Shown here one piece after another: positions 1 through 10,780 of a stretch of 64,000 nucleotides of DNA. Made by a program: the position numbers and the translations under genes. Position 1 is the first letter of the stretch, and every line of letters begins with the position of its first letter. The stretch covers positions 1,617,623-1,681,622 of the forward strand of contig NC_019738.1 of NCBI RefSeq assembly GCF_000317515.1, given 5' to 3'. Origin of the DNA: Allocoleopsis franciscana PCC 7113. Lineage in GTDB: Bacteria; Cyanobacteriota; Cyanobacteriia; Cyanobacteriales; Coleofasciculaceae. The notes under the pieces are model-generated. The model ran no database searches, was not told the origin of the DNA, and saw nothing but the letters and a program-made list of their open reading frames with translations.

Positions 1-1442
1 TAGAACGATATGGTTGTATAGCAGGTTATCCCGACGGCACCTTCCGAGGCAACCGAGCTATGACGCGCTATGAATTTGCCGCAGGTTTGAATGCTTGCTT
101 GCAGCAAGTGGAGCGTTTGACTCAGACTGGAAGTCAAGGATTGCTCACTAAAGCAGATTTAGAAACGCTACAACGGTTGGTGGATGAATTCCGATCCGAA
201 TTGACCGTCTTGGGAACCCGTGTCGATACCCTAGAAGGTCGTGTAGCGTTCTTAGAAGACCATCAATTTTCTACAACAACCAAGCTGGTTGGAGAAGCAA
301 TTTTCGGCGTTGCTGATGCATTTGGAGACGATATTGACGGTCAAGTCAATACAGTCCTTCATGACCGGGTTCGGCTCAATTTTCTCACCAGTTTTAGTGG
401 AAAAGACCAGTTACAAATTCGGCTCCAAGCGGGTAATGCTACACCGCTTTTAGCCAGAGCAGGTGTCACGCTCCAAGATGGATCGAGTGGTACCCAAGAA
501 GGGCGATTTACCTATGACGGAGATGCTAATAACAATGTGTTTATCGACATCTTGCGTTACCGTTTCCCTTTGGGAAAAACAGCCACTGTTCAAATTTTGG
601 CGAACAACGCCCTACACCATTACTATGCAGACACCGTTAACCCCTACCTCGAAGGGTTGGCAGGTGGAGAAAATGCCATCTCGCGATTTGCAGAACGTAA
701 CCCCATTTACCGCATTGGTCCCTTTGGCGCGGGTGCGGCTTTAGCAATCAAACCAAGCAATAACTTAAGAGTTGACTTGGGCTACATCTCGAATACAGCG
801 AGCAATCCCGGGTCAGACAATGGTTTATTTAATGGCAATTATTCGGGAATTGCTCAAGTTGTTTTAGGGAATCGGTTTAAGATTGGATTCACTTACGTAC
901 ATGCCTATGATGATGGTAGTAACACCGATGGTGATGGAGCCAATCGTTTTGCTCTCGGTGGTACGGGTACCGCTTTTGCCAATCTCAATCCAGCCCAACT
1001 GGCAAGAGTCACGAATCTTCCAGCCTCGGTCTTAAGTAGACCGGTTGTGAGTAACTCCTACGGGATACAAACTTCTTTGGGATTTAGCCCTAAGTTTCTC
1101 ATTAATGGTTGGGTGGGTTTAACAGAAGCTCGTCTGATTGGTTTAGGGGATGCTGATATTTGGAACTTTGCAGTCGGTTTTGTCTTTCCTGATTTGGGCA
1201 AAAAAGGTAATATTGCTGCGATTGTTGCGGGTGCCGAACCCACTCTCCGAGGGCTAAATGTTCCGGGGGGTACGCGAAACTTCAATCGGGATTTTGCTTA
1301 TCACATTGAAGGGTTTTACAAGTTTAAGGTCAACAAAAACATTTCCATCACTCCAGGTGTGATCTGGTTAACTTCTCCCAATCAAAATGACAGCAACAGT
1401 GATGCGATTATTGGCACGATTAGAACAACGTTCATTTTTTAA
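1..1442 (+). CDS. 5'-truncated SLH-domain/OprB-family outer-membrane porin. The frame is open from position 3; the ATG at 60 is internal.
   Basis: Translation from position 3 reads ERYGCIAGYPDGTFRGNRAMTRYEFAAGLNACLQQ. This is the tail of an SLH motif and is nearly identical to the SLH segments of the two downstream porins. The C-terminal beta-barrel region ends ...ITPGVIWLTSPNQNDSNSDAIIGTIRTTFIF, like the paralogs. Confidence 0.8.
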   Translation, partial: ERYGCIAGYPDGTFRGNRAMTRYEFAAGLNACLQQVERLTQTGSQGLLTKADLETLQRLVDEFRSELTVLGTRVDTLEGRVAFLEDHQFSTTTKLVGEAIFGVADAFGDDIDGQVNTVLHDRVRLNFLTSFSGKDQLQIRLQAGNATPLLARAGVTLQDGSSGTQEGRFTYDGDANNNVFIDILRYRFPLGKTATVQILANNALHHYYADTVNPYLEGLAGGENAISRFAERNPIYRIGPFGAGAALAIKPSNNLRVDLGYISNTASNPGSDNGLFNGNYSGIAQVVLGNRFKIGFTYVHAYDDGSNTDGDGANRFALGGTGTAFANLNPAQLARVTNLPASVLSRPVVSNSYGIQTSLGFSPKFLINGWVGLTEARLIGLGDADIWNFAVGFVFPDLGKKGNIAAIVAGAEPTLRGLNVPGGTRNFNRDFAYHIEGFYKFKVNKNISITPGVIWLTSPNQNDSNSDAIIGTIRTTFIF

Positions 1443-1523
1443 TTAGGCTGCCGAACACTCTCTTTTTCTATCCCCTAGCTCTTGATGGGCGAGGGGATAT
1501 TCAATTAGATCAGGTCTTCGTGA

Positions 1524-3485
1524 TTAGAACGTAAATGTGGTTCGGACTGTACCAATAAAGATGTCGTCGTTGCGGCTATCATGACCGGGTGCCGTCAGCC
1601 AGATCACACCAGGAGTGATGAGAATATTGGGCGAGAGTTTGTACTTGTATAGAGCTTCAATATGCAAACCCGTATCGCGATCGCTTCTGCGCCCACCACT
1701 CCCCACTAAGAAAGGCCCTACCGTACTGTCGCTACCCGTGAGCTTGGGTTCCATGCCGACGATCAAGCCTAGCGTACTGCCTTTACTACCAACGTCACTG
1801 ATGGCAAGCGTCGCGCCATAAGTCCAGATATCAGCATTACCTTTGCCAATAACAGTGGCATTAGTATAGGCTCCCCAACCACTCAGGATCACTTGGGGCG
1901 AGAAGGCAAAAGAAGCTTCGAGACCGTAGGAGTTACCGACAACCGGATTGTTGCGATTTGCCACATTGACAGGATTCTGCCACTGCATCTGAGACGCGAT
2001 ACTACCCGTACCATGACGTAAGTTGGAGCGATCGTAGGTATTAACATAGGTCGCTCCTAAGCTCAAGGCATTGCTGGGCTTATAGGTAACCTGAGCAAGA
2101 GCGGAGTGGTTGCCATCAAATAGACCAAATTTTTCGTTGGGATTGTTCCCCCCATCTGTTAAGTAAGCCAAGTCTAGGCGGATCGGGTTTTTTACACCAA
2201 TTGAGACTCCAGCCCCTTGACTCTGTCCTCCCATGTAATAAATGGGGCTATAGCGACCAAAGCGGGATAGGGCACCAGTACCATTGCCCTCCAAGCTAGG
2301 GTTCAGTGTAGAGGTAACGTCCTCAAACTTGCCTTGATTGGCAAACAGATAAACTTGGGCAATGTCGTTAACGGGAAAGCGATAGAACAATTTATCAAGT
2401 GCGACATTATTATTCCCGCCTGCTTCAATGGCAAATCGACCCTCGCGGGTGACGTTGAGTCCCGGACCACTCGGCGCTGTAAGAGGGCCAAATGGCTCAA
2501 TGTTCGCAGCCTGAAGGCGAGTGCGTAACAAGTCTTTGCCGGTGAAGCTGGTGTCGAAATTGAGTCGCACCCGGTTTTGAAAGACGGCTTCGTCGTTAGT
2601 GTACTCCGGATTTCCAGCTTGAGAGCCTGCGCGATCGCCAAACAAATCACTAATAGCAAAGACGGCTTCTCCCCGTAGCTTCGTCGTTGTCGAGAACTGC
2701 TGAGCTTCCAAGGATGCCACCCGTCCTTCGATCTGATCCACTCGCCCTCCCAAAGCGGTTAGTTCGGTGCGGAACTCATTCACGAGTCGCTGGATAGTTT
2801 CTAAGTCTGGCTTAGTAACGAAGTTTTCCGTGCTGGACTGAATAATGCGCTCCATTTGCTGCAAACAAGCATTCACACCAGCGGCAAATTCATAGCGCGT
2901 CATTGCCCGGTTGCCTCGGTAGGTGCCATCGGGGTAACCTGCTATACAGCCATAACGCTCGACCAGACTTCGCAGTGCTTCATAAGCCCAATCCGTCGGT
3001 CTTACGTCAGACAGTTGGTTGACATTGGTGACTTGGTCGAGGGAGTCAGCTTTAATGCCACTGTTATATTGTTGAATTTGCTGCAAAACCTCAGTGGTGC
3101 TGCTCTCAGGAGGTGGTACCTGCTGCGCCAGGATAGTTTGGGTGCTCTTCAAGTTGCCACTCGCTTCCTTTGGCATCAACGGGGAAACTGAGGGCTGGAT
3201 GAGTGTACTTTCGGGTAGTTGGCTTAAGGTTTCAACAGTGGGTTGAGCAGCAATGGCTGTTTGCGTCGGGCTGCTGGCAACAATTTGAGATTGAGATGGC
3301 TGATTGGTTTGGCGATCGCTAGGTTGTACAGAAGCCGCAGGTTCGCGGGGAATAACAGTTACTGTGTGCGTAGAAATAACTGGATCGATTGAATACTGGG
3401 TCGCTCGTGCGCTGGGGGTGACTAGTAGAGAAACTACCAGAAGAATCGGAGACGCTTTGAGAGTGTTCCAGATCAGTTTTGACAT
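1524..3485 (-). CDS. SLH-domain / OprB-family (carbohydrate-selective-type) outer-membrane porin, cyanobacterial Som-like
   Basis: 653 aa. It has an N-terminal signal peptide, a Ser/Thr/Pro/Gln-rich linker, the SLH motif DWAYEALRSLVERYGCIAGYPDGTYRGNRAMTRYEFAAG, a coiled coil and a C-terminal OprB-like barrel ending ITPGVIWLTAPGHDSRNDDIFIGTVRTTFTF. Confidence 0.85.
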   Translation of the reverse strand: MSKLIWNTLKASPILLVVSLLVTPSARATQYSIDPVISTHTVTVIPREPAASVQPSDRQTNQPSQSQIVASSPTQTAIAAQPTVETLSQLPESTLIQPSVSPLMPKEASGNLKSTQTILAQQVPPPESSTTEVLQQIQQYNSGIKADSLDQVTNVNQLSDVRPTDWAYEALRSLVERYGCIAGYPDGTYRGNRAMTRYEFAAGVNACLQQMERIIQSSTENFVTKPDLETIQRLVNEFRTELTALGGRVDQIEGRVASLEAQQFSTTTKLRGEAVFAISDLFGDRAGSQAGNPEYTNDEAVFQNRVRLNFDTSFTGKDLLRTRLQAANIEPFGPLTAPSGPGLNVTREGRFAIEAGGNNNVALDKLFYRFPVNDIAQVYLFANQGKFEDVTSTLNPSLEGNGTGALSRFGRYSPIYYMGGQSQGAGVSIGVKNPIRLDLAYLTDGGNNPNEKFGLFDGNHSALAQVTYKPSNALSLGATYVNTYDRSNLRHGTGSIASQMQWQNPVNVANRNNPVVGNSYGLEASFAFSPQVILSGWGAYTNATVIGKGNADIWTYGATLAISDVGSKGSTLGLIVGMEPKLTGSDSTVGPFLVGSGGRRSDRDTGLHIEALYKYKLSPNILITPGVIWLTAPGHDSRNDDIFIGTVRTTFTF

Positions 3486-3872
3486 TGCTTTCTTTTTATC
3501 GCTAGCCGGATCGCTTTTGAAGGCAACCTTACCGACTGGCTCAAACCCTGTCGGTAAGGATTACGAGCGGGATAATTACCTATACCAGGGCAGTGTCATG
3601 GATCAGGACTTTCTCTGGCAGTGTTCCTATTTCCTTTTTCCCTGCTCTTTACGTCTTCTCCAGGGGCAATATTAAAAAAAAATCCCACCCCTTTAAGGGA
3701 TGAGATCGTTATTGCCTTCGCTCAGCGAGCTAGGCAACTGTGAAGTGTCTAGGGATACTGATGGAAAAGAAAGCTGTGTTAAGCGTTTGCGTAGCGTTCC
3801 TGAAAGGTAGTTATCCCGCAGGGAATCGCTCTGTTCAGGACTCGCTGTTCACCCATTTCATCAAAAACGTGA

Positions 3873-5840
3873 CTAGAAGGTGAATGTGGTTCGGAGGGTA
3901 CCGATAAAGATGTCGTCGTTGCGGCTATCATGACCGGGTGCCGTCAGCCAGATTACACCAGGAGTGATGAGAATATTGGGGGATAGTCTGAACTTATAGA
4001 AGCCTTCCAGGTGGAGACTGGTGTCGCGATCGCTGCGACGTCCGGCTTGGAGACCACCAATCCCACTGGCGAGAACTGCACTACTTGTACCCGTAAGCTT
4101 GGGTTCCATACCCACCACGAAACCGAGCGAGCTACCTTTCTTGCCAAAGTCGTTGATTGAGAGTGTGCCGCCGTAGGTCCAAACATCTGCATCACCAACA
4201 CCAATCACTCTGGCAGCCGTGTATGCACCCCAGCCACTCAAAATTAGTTGAGGACTGAAGGCAAAAGAGGCTTCTAGACCGTAGGAGTTGCCGACCACAG
4301 GACTACCATTGACTCGGACATTAGAAGCAAGACTCCCCGTACTGTGATTGAGTCCTATGCCGCTGCCGGTGTACGAATTCACGTAAGTTGCAGCGATTTT
4401 GAAGGCATCGAATGGCTTAAAGGTTAGCTGGGCTAAAGCACTGTAGTTGCCATCAAAAAGACCAGCACCTTCATCAGGATTGCTGCCTTCATTAGTCGAA
4501 TAAACTGCATCAAAACGGAGAGGACGTTTTCCTCCACCCAAGGTTATTGCAGCCCCTGTCCCCTGACCTCCCATACGATAGATGGGGCTAAAACGACCAA
4601 AGCGAGACAAAGCACCCGTGCCACTTGAGTCTAAGCCAGGGTTAACTACATCCACAATGTCTTCAAAGGGAACCCCACTGGCTAGGAGGTATGCTTGACC
4701 GAAGTTTCCCAATGGAAAGCGGTAGAATAATCGATCGATCTCAACGCTGTTGCCTGTATCAGCAGCGAATCCCAATCGACCCTCTCTCGTGATACCAACA
4801 CCTGGACCAGGAGAACTCGTGAGGGGACCAAAATCATTAAAATTCCCGGCCTGAAGACGAGTCCGCAACAAATCTTTCCCGGTGAAGCTAGTATCGAAGG
4901 AAAGCCGTACTCGGTCTTGGAAGACTGTCTCGTCTCTGGCATAATCGTTCCCCGCCCGATCTTGTCCGCCAAATAAATCGCTAATAGCGAAGATAGCTTC
5001 CCCGCGTAGCTTGGTGGTTGTCGAGAACTGATGGTCTTCTAAGAACGCTACCCGTCCTTCCAACTGATCCACTCGCCCACCTAAGGCGGTTAATTCTGTT
5101 CTGAATTCATCAACCAGCCGTTGCAGCGTTTCTAAATCTGCTTTAGTCGCGAATTCGTTACCACCACCTCCGATGATCCGCTCAATTTGCTGTAGGCAGG
5201 CATTCAATCCAGCCGCAAATTCATAGCGTGTCATGGCTCGGTTGCCCCGGAAGGTACCATCGGGATAACCTGCAATACAACCATAGCGCTCAACTAAACT
5301 GCGTAGCGCTTCATAAGCCCAATCCGTCGGTCTGACGTCGCTCAGTTGGGTAACATTGGTAACTTGGTCAAGAGCCTCAGCAGGACTTCCAGCATCGTTT
5401 TCTTGATATTGCTGGATTTGCTGCAAAACTTCGGCAGATTCAGCCGTTGTCTTGTCTGAGGCGGGTACCTGCTGAGCCAGGGTACTGTCGGCGCGGTTGA
5501 AATTGACGCTAGGGTCTGTTGGGGTTACTGGGGAAATGGAGGGTTGGGTCTGTGTAATCTCAGGTAGTTGGGTTGAGACTTCAACTGTACTCTCAGGAAG
5601 TGCCGCTTGGTCAGTGCCGCTGGCTACTGTTGGCTCAGAAATATTTTGGGGAGCAATGGTGCGGCTAGCAATAACTAGAGTTTGAGGCAGCTCAGTTGAC
5701 GGTGCCACCGTAACTTCAGTAGAATTTCCTACTGTCTGTTCAGACGCATTCTCTTGAGCATAAGCGCTCCCACAAAAGAATAGAGAAGCTCCCAGTAGGA
5801 CTGGACTGAGCCTTAAAATTTTCCAAAACAAGGTTGACAT
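3873..5840 (-). CDS. SLH-domain / OprB-family outer-membrane porin (paralog of 1524..3485)
   Basis: 655 aa. It has a signal peptide, the same SLH motif and a C-terminus identical to that of 1524..3485 (ITPGVIWLTAPGHDSRNDDIFIGTLRTTFTF). It is followed by a ~660 bp AT-rich leader region. Confidence 0.85.
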   Translation of the reverse strand: MSTLFWKILRLSPVLLGASLFFCGSAYAQENASEQTVGNSTEVTVAPSTELPQTLVIASRTIAPQNISEPTVASGTDQAALPESTVEVSTQLPEITQTQPSISPVTPTDPSVNFNRADSTLAQQVPASDKTTAESAEVLQQIQQYQENDAGSPAEALDQVTNVTQLSDVRPTDWAYEALRSLVERYGCIAGYPDGTFRGNRAMTRYEFAAGLNACLQQIERIIGGGGNEFATKADLETLQRLVDEFRTELTALGGRVDQLEGRVAFLEDHQFSTTTKLRGEAIFAISDLFGGQDRAGNDYARDETVFQDRVRLSFDTSFTGKDLLRTRLQAGNFNDFGPLTSSPGPGVGITREGRLGFAADTGNSVEIDRLFYRFPLGNFGQAYLLASGVPFEDIVDVVNPGLDSSGTGALSRFGRFSPIYRMGGQGTGAAITLGGGKRPLRFDAVYSTNEGSNPDEGAGLFDGNYSALAQLTFKPFDAFKIAATYVNSYTGSGIGLNHSTGSLASNVRVNGSPVVGNSYGLEASFAFSPQLILSGWGAYTAARVIGVGDADVWTYGGTLSINDFGKKGSSLGFVVGMEPKLTGTSSAVLASGIGGLQAGRRSDRDTSLHLEGFYKFRLSPNILITPGVIWLTAPGHDSRNDDIFIGTLRTTFTF

Positions 5841-6501
5841 GATGCTTATTAATTCCTCACACCGAATAGACGCTCAAGACTCACGAAACATGGATTCATT
5901 ATCCACAGAGTTCTTGATTTAATTAAACACCATCGAAATCACTACTCATAAATTACAGTATCATCCTTTTTTATTTTATAAAAGCTTTTTGAACATACTT
6001 CCTGATAACCAAAACTTCTAGCACTCATTAAGCTAAACTAACATCAATCACTTGTTGTTTATTCAATGAAGTCAGGCGCTTAGAGTCCGGTTGCTGACTT
6101 TTATAATCCCCTACAGCATGGGATTAAAAGGTGGCATGACTAAGTTTTTAAAGGCTATCATGGCAAGGATCAAAGACTATTGTATTAGACATTACCAACC
6201 GAATCATTCAAACAGAACAATTCCCAATAAAGATAATTTAAACTAAAACTTGCTTTTAAACTCACGGTCGATCTGCGTTTGGCAAACACCCTGGGAGGCT
6301 CCTGGGAAAAAATGACAAAAGAAATCCCTGCCACCTAATTCGCGATTTCTGGTTATCAACGAGCCATAGTTCTTGTAAAGATAGTAGGGCAGTCAGTTTA
6401 GGAATCGGTAAGATTTAGGTAATCCTGAGGTTAAGCCAGTGTGAGTTCTGACGAGATTGAGGAATTGAAAAGCAATAACCGTTTTTGATTTTTGACTTTT
6501 T

Positions 6502-7167
6502 CTATCGGTGGCCTGTGACAATGTAAGTCACACGTTGACCAATGTTGGTGGCATGATCAGCCATGCGTTCCAAATGACGAATGACGAGAGCTAACAAAAG
6601 AATCGGTTCCACAACCCCAATAATATTCTGTTGATGAGCTAGGGTGTGGTAAAGTGTGTCGTAAGCCGTATCGACTTTATCATCTAGTTCTTTAATCGAT
6701 CGCCCAGCGTTAGCGTCTAAATCAGCTAATGCGACTAAACTCGTAGCGAGCATCGCTTGAGCATGATGAGACATCACCTCAATCTGAGGTAAGCAATCAT
6801 GACGGGGGTAAGGTAAGAGCTTAAGGGCAATTTCGGCTAAATCTTCGGCATAATCGCCAATTCGCTCCAAGTCTCGCACCAACTGCATAAACGCGCTAAG
6901 GAGGCGTAAGTCCTGAGCCACGGGGGCTTCGAGCGTCATCAGTGTGGCACACTCTAACTCAATGTGGCGATAGTAGCGATCAATTTGCTTATCGAGTAAA
7001 GGAAGGGCTTGAGCCGCTTCCAAGTTTTGGGAGAATAGAGCTTGGTGACTCATGCGGAAAGAGTGTTCAACCAATGCGCCCATACGCAAGACATCTTGCT
7101 CTAAGCGCCTGAGGCTGCGCTGAAAATGAAGACGTTCAGAATTGCTACTTCCAGAAGATAGACTCAC
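6502..7167 (-). CDS. phoU: Phosphate-uptake regulator PhoU (SphU-like)
   Basis: 221 aa, with a duplicated PhoU fold carrying the E/DxxxD-type motifs (DLERIGDYAEDLAEIALK ... HLERMADHATNIGQRV). It lies immediately downstream of a PhoR/PhoB-like pair. Confidence 0.8.
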   Translation of the reverse strand: MSLSSGSSNSERLHFQRSLRRLEQDVLRMGALVEHSFRMSHQALFSQNLEAAQALPLLDKQIDRYYRHIELECATLMTLEAPVAQDLRLLSAFMQLVRDLERIGDYAEDLAEIALKLLPYPRHDCLPQIEVMSHHAQAMLATSLVALADLDANAGRSIKELDDKVDTAYDTLYHTLAHQQNIIGVVEPILLLALVIRHLERMADHATNIGQRVTYIVTGHR

Positions 7168-7235
7168 CTCAAATGCCTTAAAGAATCAGAGCGAGTATTA
7201 ACTACTATTTACAGTGATAGCAAATCAACGTTAAC

Positions 7236-8609
7236 TTATAGTAAATTTTTGCGATCGGGTAGTTTAATTTGTAACCAAGCCCCCTTCGTCTCCGGATGAT
7301 TTTTCGCCTGCACAGTACCTCCATGGGCTTGAATAATTTGTTGGACAATGGAGAGTCCTAAGCCACTACCACTGCTTACAGCTATGGTACAAGGCTCAGA
7401 TGTACTGGGTGACTTTTGCCGTGAGGGATCTCCTCGGTAAAGCCGCTTAAACACATGAGGTAAGTCTGATTCGGTAAAGCCAGCGCCTGAGTCAATGATA
7501 TCGATTTGAATCAGTGAGCCTGAAGTTTCGCCCTCTAGCCCGTTGGAGGCATTGCCCAAGGGGAAAGAATCAACCCTCACCTCAACCTCACTATCGACGG
7601 CTGGTGCTTCTAGGCGAGTCACTTCAACTTGAATGGTTACTTGAGGGAAGCTGTGTTTAATACTGTTATCGAATAAATTCAGAAAAACTTGGGTGAGACG
7701 GGCTTCATCTGCTCTCAGCCAGACAGTATCCAGGCCAAAATAGGCAAGACACAGTTGCTTTTGCTGCGCCAAAGGTTCCAGGGTTTGCCAAGTGGACTGA
7801 ATTAAAGACCGCAGTTCGACAGACTGATAAGTGAGACTTTTGCTAGGGTTTTTCTCCAGATTGCTGAGTTCCAGCCAATTTTGGACAAGGTTGATCAGTC
7901 GGTTAGTTTCGTGCAGCAGTTGTTCAACCCAACGGCGTGCAGGATTCTCCAGACGCCCTTGTAAAGCTTCCGCCACCAAGCGAATTGAAGTTAGAGGCGT
8001 TCTCAGTTCGTGGGCTAAGTCTGAAAACCACTGATTGCGGGATTGAGCAAGTTCGACGAGAGGTTGCCGATTTTCTAGAAAAACTCCCACTTGTCCGTGA
8101 GGGAGAGGCCAACTCGAAGCACGTAGGGTAAGCAATTGCACATCCCCCATCGCTTCCCCATCTAAACAAGGAGGGTGAAAAACCCATTCTTGGATCGTCG
8201 GTTTTTGCTGATGACGAGTTTGTTCAATGAGTTGATCGAGTTCGTAGGAACGCACAAGTTCTAGGAGTAAGCGTAGCTGTCCAGGTTCCCATCGATCAAT
8301 CTGCAACAACTGACGCGCTTGCTCATTACACCAGAGCAACCGATTCTCTTCATCGACCTGCAAATATCCGAAAGGCGCTACCTCTAGCAATCGCCGCCCT
8401 GTTTGCAGTTTTTCTTCCAGCTTTGCTCGATGCTCATTGGCTAGGGCAATTTCTTGTCGCAAGCGAGAAACGGCTGATAGGGCTTTGCTAGAGGAATCTG
8501 TCTGTAATACACCCAACATTTGTTCTAGTTGCCGTTGGAGTCGTTGCCTTTGCCAGAGACAAAACCCAATTCCCACAGCCAGACCCAGTAAAAATGCCAG
8601 TAGGGTCAT
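7236..8609 (-). CDS. sphS: Sensor histidine kinase, PhoR/SphS-like
   Basis: 457 aa. It has an N-terminal transmembrane helix, the H-box FSDLAHELRTPLTSI and HATPase_c motifs (NLFDNSIKHS, DSGAGF, GSGLGLSIV). It is clustered with an OmpR-family response regulator and phoU. Confidence 0.7.
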   Translation of the reverse strand: MTLLAFLLGLAVGIGFCLWQRQRLQRQLEQMLGVLQTDSSSKALSAVSRLRQEIALANEHRAKLEEKLQTGRRLLEVAPFGYLQVDEENRLLWCNEQARQLLQIDRWEPGQLRLLLELVRSYELDQLIEQTRHQQKPTIQEWVFHPPCLDGEAMGDVQLLTLRASSWPLPHGQVGVFLENRQPLVELAQSRNQWFSDLAHELRTPLTSIRLVAEALQGRLENPARRWVEQLLHETNRLINLVQNWLELSNLEKNPSKSLTYQSVELRSLIQSTWQTLEPLAQQKQLCLAYFGLDTVWLRADEARLTQVFLNLFDNSIKHSFPQVTIQVEVTRLEAPAVDSEVEVRVDSFPLGNASNGLEGETSGSLIQIDIIDSGAGFTESDLPHVFKRLYRGDPSRQKSPSTSEPCTIAVSSGSGLGLSIVQQIIQAHGGTVQAKNHPETKGAWLQIKLPDRKNLL

Positions 8610-8759
8610 CGTTTATCGGTTGCAAGGTTGAAGGTTTCCAGGTGGAAAGTTTAAACATTGTAACTTTTCAATACTGGCATAACACATTCAACTCTCGACG
8701 GATCAAAATCTATCACTGTGTCCGAACGCCGCCAACCTTCAACCTTCTAATTTCCATTT

Positions 8760-9512
8760 TTAACCAAAGCGGTAGCCGAAACCCCGAACTGTAATCAGAT
8801 ATTCTGGCTGACTGGGGTCTTGTTCTAATTTTTCCCGCAACCAGCGAATATGAACATCCACTGTTTTTGTGTCACCCAAAAAATCGGGTCCCCATATCTG
8901 ATCGATTAACTGTTCACGTGACCAAACTCGGCGAGGATAACTCATGAATAGTTCTAAAAGCCGGAATTCCTTGGGTGATAAGTTAACTTCTTTCCCCCGA
9001 ACCATGACGCGGCACTCTTGAGGATAGAGGATAACCTCCCGCATTTGCAGCATGGGTGTTTGAGGCAAGGCACTCAAGCGCTGACGACGCAGTAAGGCAC
9101 GGCAACGGGCAATCAACTCCCGCATACTGAAAGGTTTGGTCAGGTAGTCATCTGCGCCGACTTCCAACCCCAAAACCCGGTCGGTTTCACTGGCTTTGGC
9201 ACTGAGAATCAAGATAGGGACAAAATTACCCTGATAACGTAACAAGCGACACAGATCTAAACCATTGATCTGGGGCAACATCAAATCCAAGATAAGTAAG
9301 TCATACTGGAACTCTCCGTCCGCTGGCTCTGCATCTTGAAGCAGTGATAGTGCAGTGCGCCCATCGATGGCAGTGGTCACCTCGAAGCCTTCTTCTTCTA
9401 AAGCTAGAACAAGCATTTCCCGAATTAAATCTTCGTCTTCCACGACCAGAATTCGCGTCGCTTGCGTCAGCTCTGGACGGGTAGGACTCTGCGGTAGATC
9501 GAGAGAAAGCAT
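8760..9512 (-). CDS. sphR: OmpR-family response regulator, PhoB/SphR-like
   Basis: 250 aa. It has a receiver domain (ILVVEDEDLIREML...LILDLMLP) and a winged-helix C-terminus (TVDVHIRWLREKLE...ITVRGFGYRF). The sphR-sphS-phoU gene order supports the assignment. Confidence 0.7.
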   Translation of the reverse strand: MLSLDLPQSPTRPELTQATRILVVEDEDLIREMLVLALEEEGFEVTTAIDGRTALSLLQDAEPADGEFQYDLLILDLMLPQINGLDLCRLLRYQGNFVPILILSAKASETDRVLGLEVGADDYLTKPFSMRELIARCRALLRRQRLSALPQTPMLQMREVILYPQECRVMVRGKEVNLSPKEFRLLELFMSYPRRVWSREQLIDQIWGPDFLGDTKTVDVHIRWLREKLEQDPSQPEYLITVRGFGYRFG

Positions 9513-10030
9513 AAATTAAGTAACCGAGTGTTTTGAAGTTCTAAGCCAAGGTATACACCAAAACTACTTCCTCACACAGAGAAAAAAGGTCTAGGAATAT
9601 ACGTCTTCATTAGTACAGCTTTACACAAACCTGTCAGCCCTAGTGTTTTAAGACTTAATAAGTTTTGCTTGAGTTTGTTGCTGATGGCAACTTATTGCAA
9701 TAATATGCACAGGGTGTAATACAAGTCATACACTTAGTATGACAGATAGGGGGGTTGACAGTATAAAGGCGCAGATCTGTAGATTACGGCTCTCTTACTT
9801 TCACTGTCTCATCAGTTGCAACCATCTGGGTTATCTACTTCAGCTTCAATCTTATAAGTCTCCAATCCCATTGCGGCTTGGAGTGATAAGTGCATCGCTA
9901 TCGTTACGAGTCGCTTTCCTGAAAGAGTCTACTTAGTCAAGATTGAGGTAACCCTCCGGCGCGACAAACTCCTGTCATCGCCTACAGAGCATACAGAGTC
10001 TAAAGATTATCGACGCGAGACTAAATAAAA

Positions 10031-10777
10031 ATGTTGCTACATTTGTGTACTTGGACAGAGGTTGAGGCTTACCTAAAGCAGTCTTCAGGAATTATTTTGC
10101 CCATTGGCTCCACAGAACAACATGGGCCGACAGGGTTAATTGGCACCGATGCGATTTGTGCAGAAGCGATCGCAAAGGGTGTGGGCGAAGCCACTAACGC
10201 TTTAGTTGGCCCAACCATTAACGTCGGGATGGCACTGCATCATACGGGATTTCCCGGCACGATTAGCTTGCAACCGAGCACGCTCATTCAGCTAGTTCGA
10301 GATTATCTCAGTAGTTTGACCAGAGCCGGATTTACTAAATTTTTCTTTATTAATGGTCACGGGGGTAATATTGCTACGTTGAAGGCGGCTTTTGCCGAGA
10401 GTTACGCTCACTTAACAGACTTAAATATTCCTAATGCAGAACACGTTCAGTGTCGCGTTGCTAATTGGTTTACCTGTGCTTCTGTCTATAAATTAGCGAA
10501 AGAGTTGTATGGCAACCAAGAGGGTTCCCATGCCACACCCAGCGAAATTGCCGTTACTCAGTATCTCTATCCTGAATCGATCAAGGATATCCCCTTACTC
10601 ACCTCTGCCGCTTCCGGACATACGATCTATGGTGCAGTAGACTTTCGACGGCGCTATCCCGATGGACGAATGGGTTCTAACCCATCTTTGGCGACGCCGG
10701 AACATGGAAGACAATTTTATGAGCTGTCGGTGAAGGAATTGAGTAGTTGCTATTTGGAATTTTTGAGTGCGGATTGA
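10031..10777 (+). CDS. Creatininase (creatinine amidohydrolase) family protein
   Basis: 248 aa, with the family's metal-binding motifs (LPIGSTEQHGP, FFINGHGGN). Confidence 0.75.
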   Translation: MLLHLCTWTEVEAYLKQSSGIILPIGSTEQHGPTGLIGTDAICAEAIAKGVGEATNALVGPTINVGMALHHTGFPGTISLQPSTLIQLVRDYLSSLTRAGFTKFFFINGHGGNIATLKAAFAESYAHLTDLNIPNAEHVQCRVANWFTCASVYKLAKELYGNQEGSHATPSEIAVTQYLYPESIKDIPLLTSAASGHTIYGAVDFRRRYPDGRMGSNPSLATPEHGRQFYELSVKELSSCYLEFLSAD

Positions 10778-10780
10778 GGG

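Noticed and set aside
6230-6260. Direct repeat TTTAAACT x2 as a Pho box near phoU and the porin
   Set aside because: There are only two copies with 18-bp spacing. Pho boxes need at least two or three 8-bp repeats on an 11-bp period, so this is probably just AT-rich sequence.
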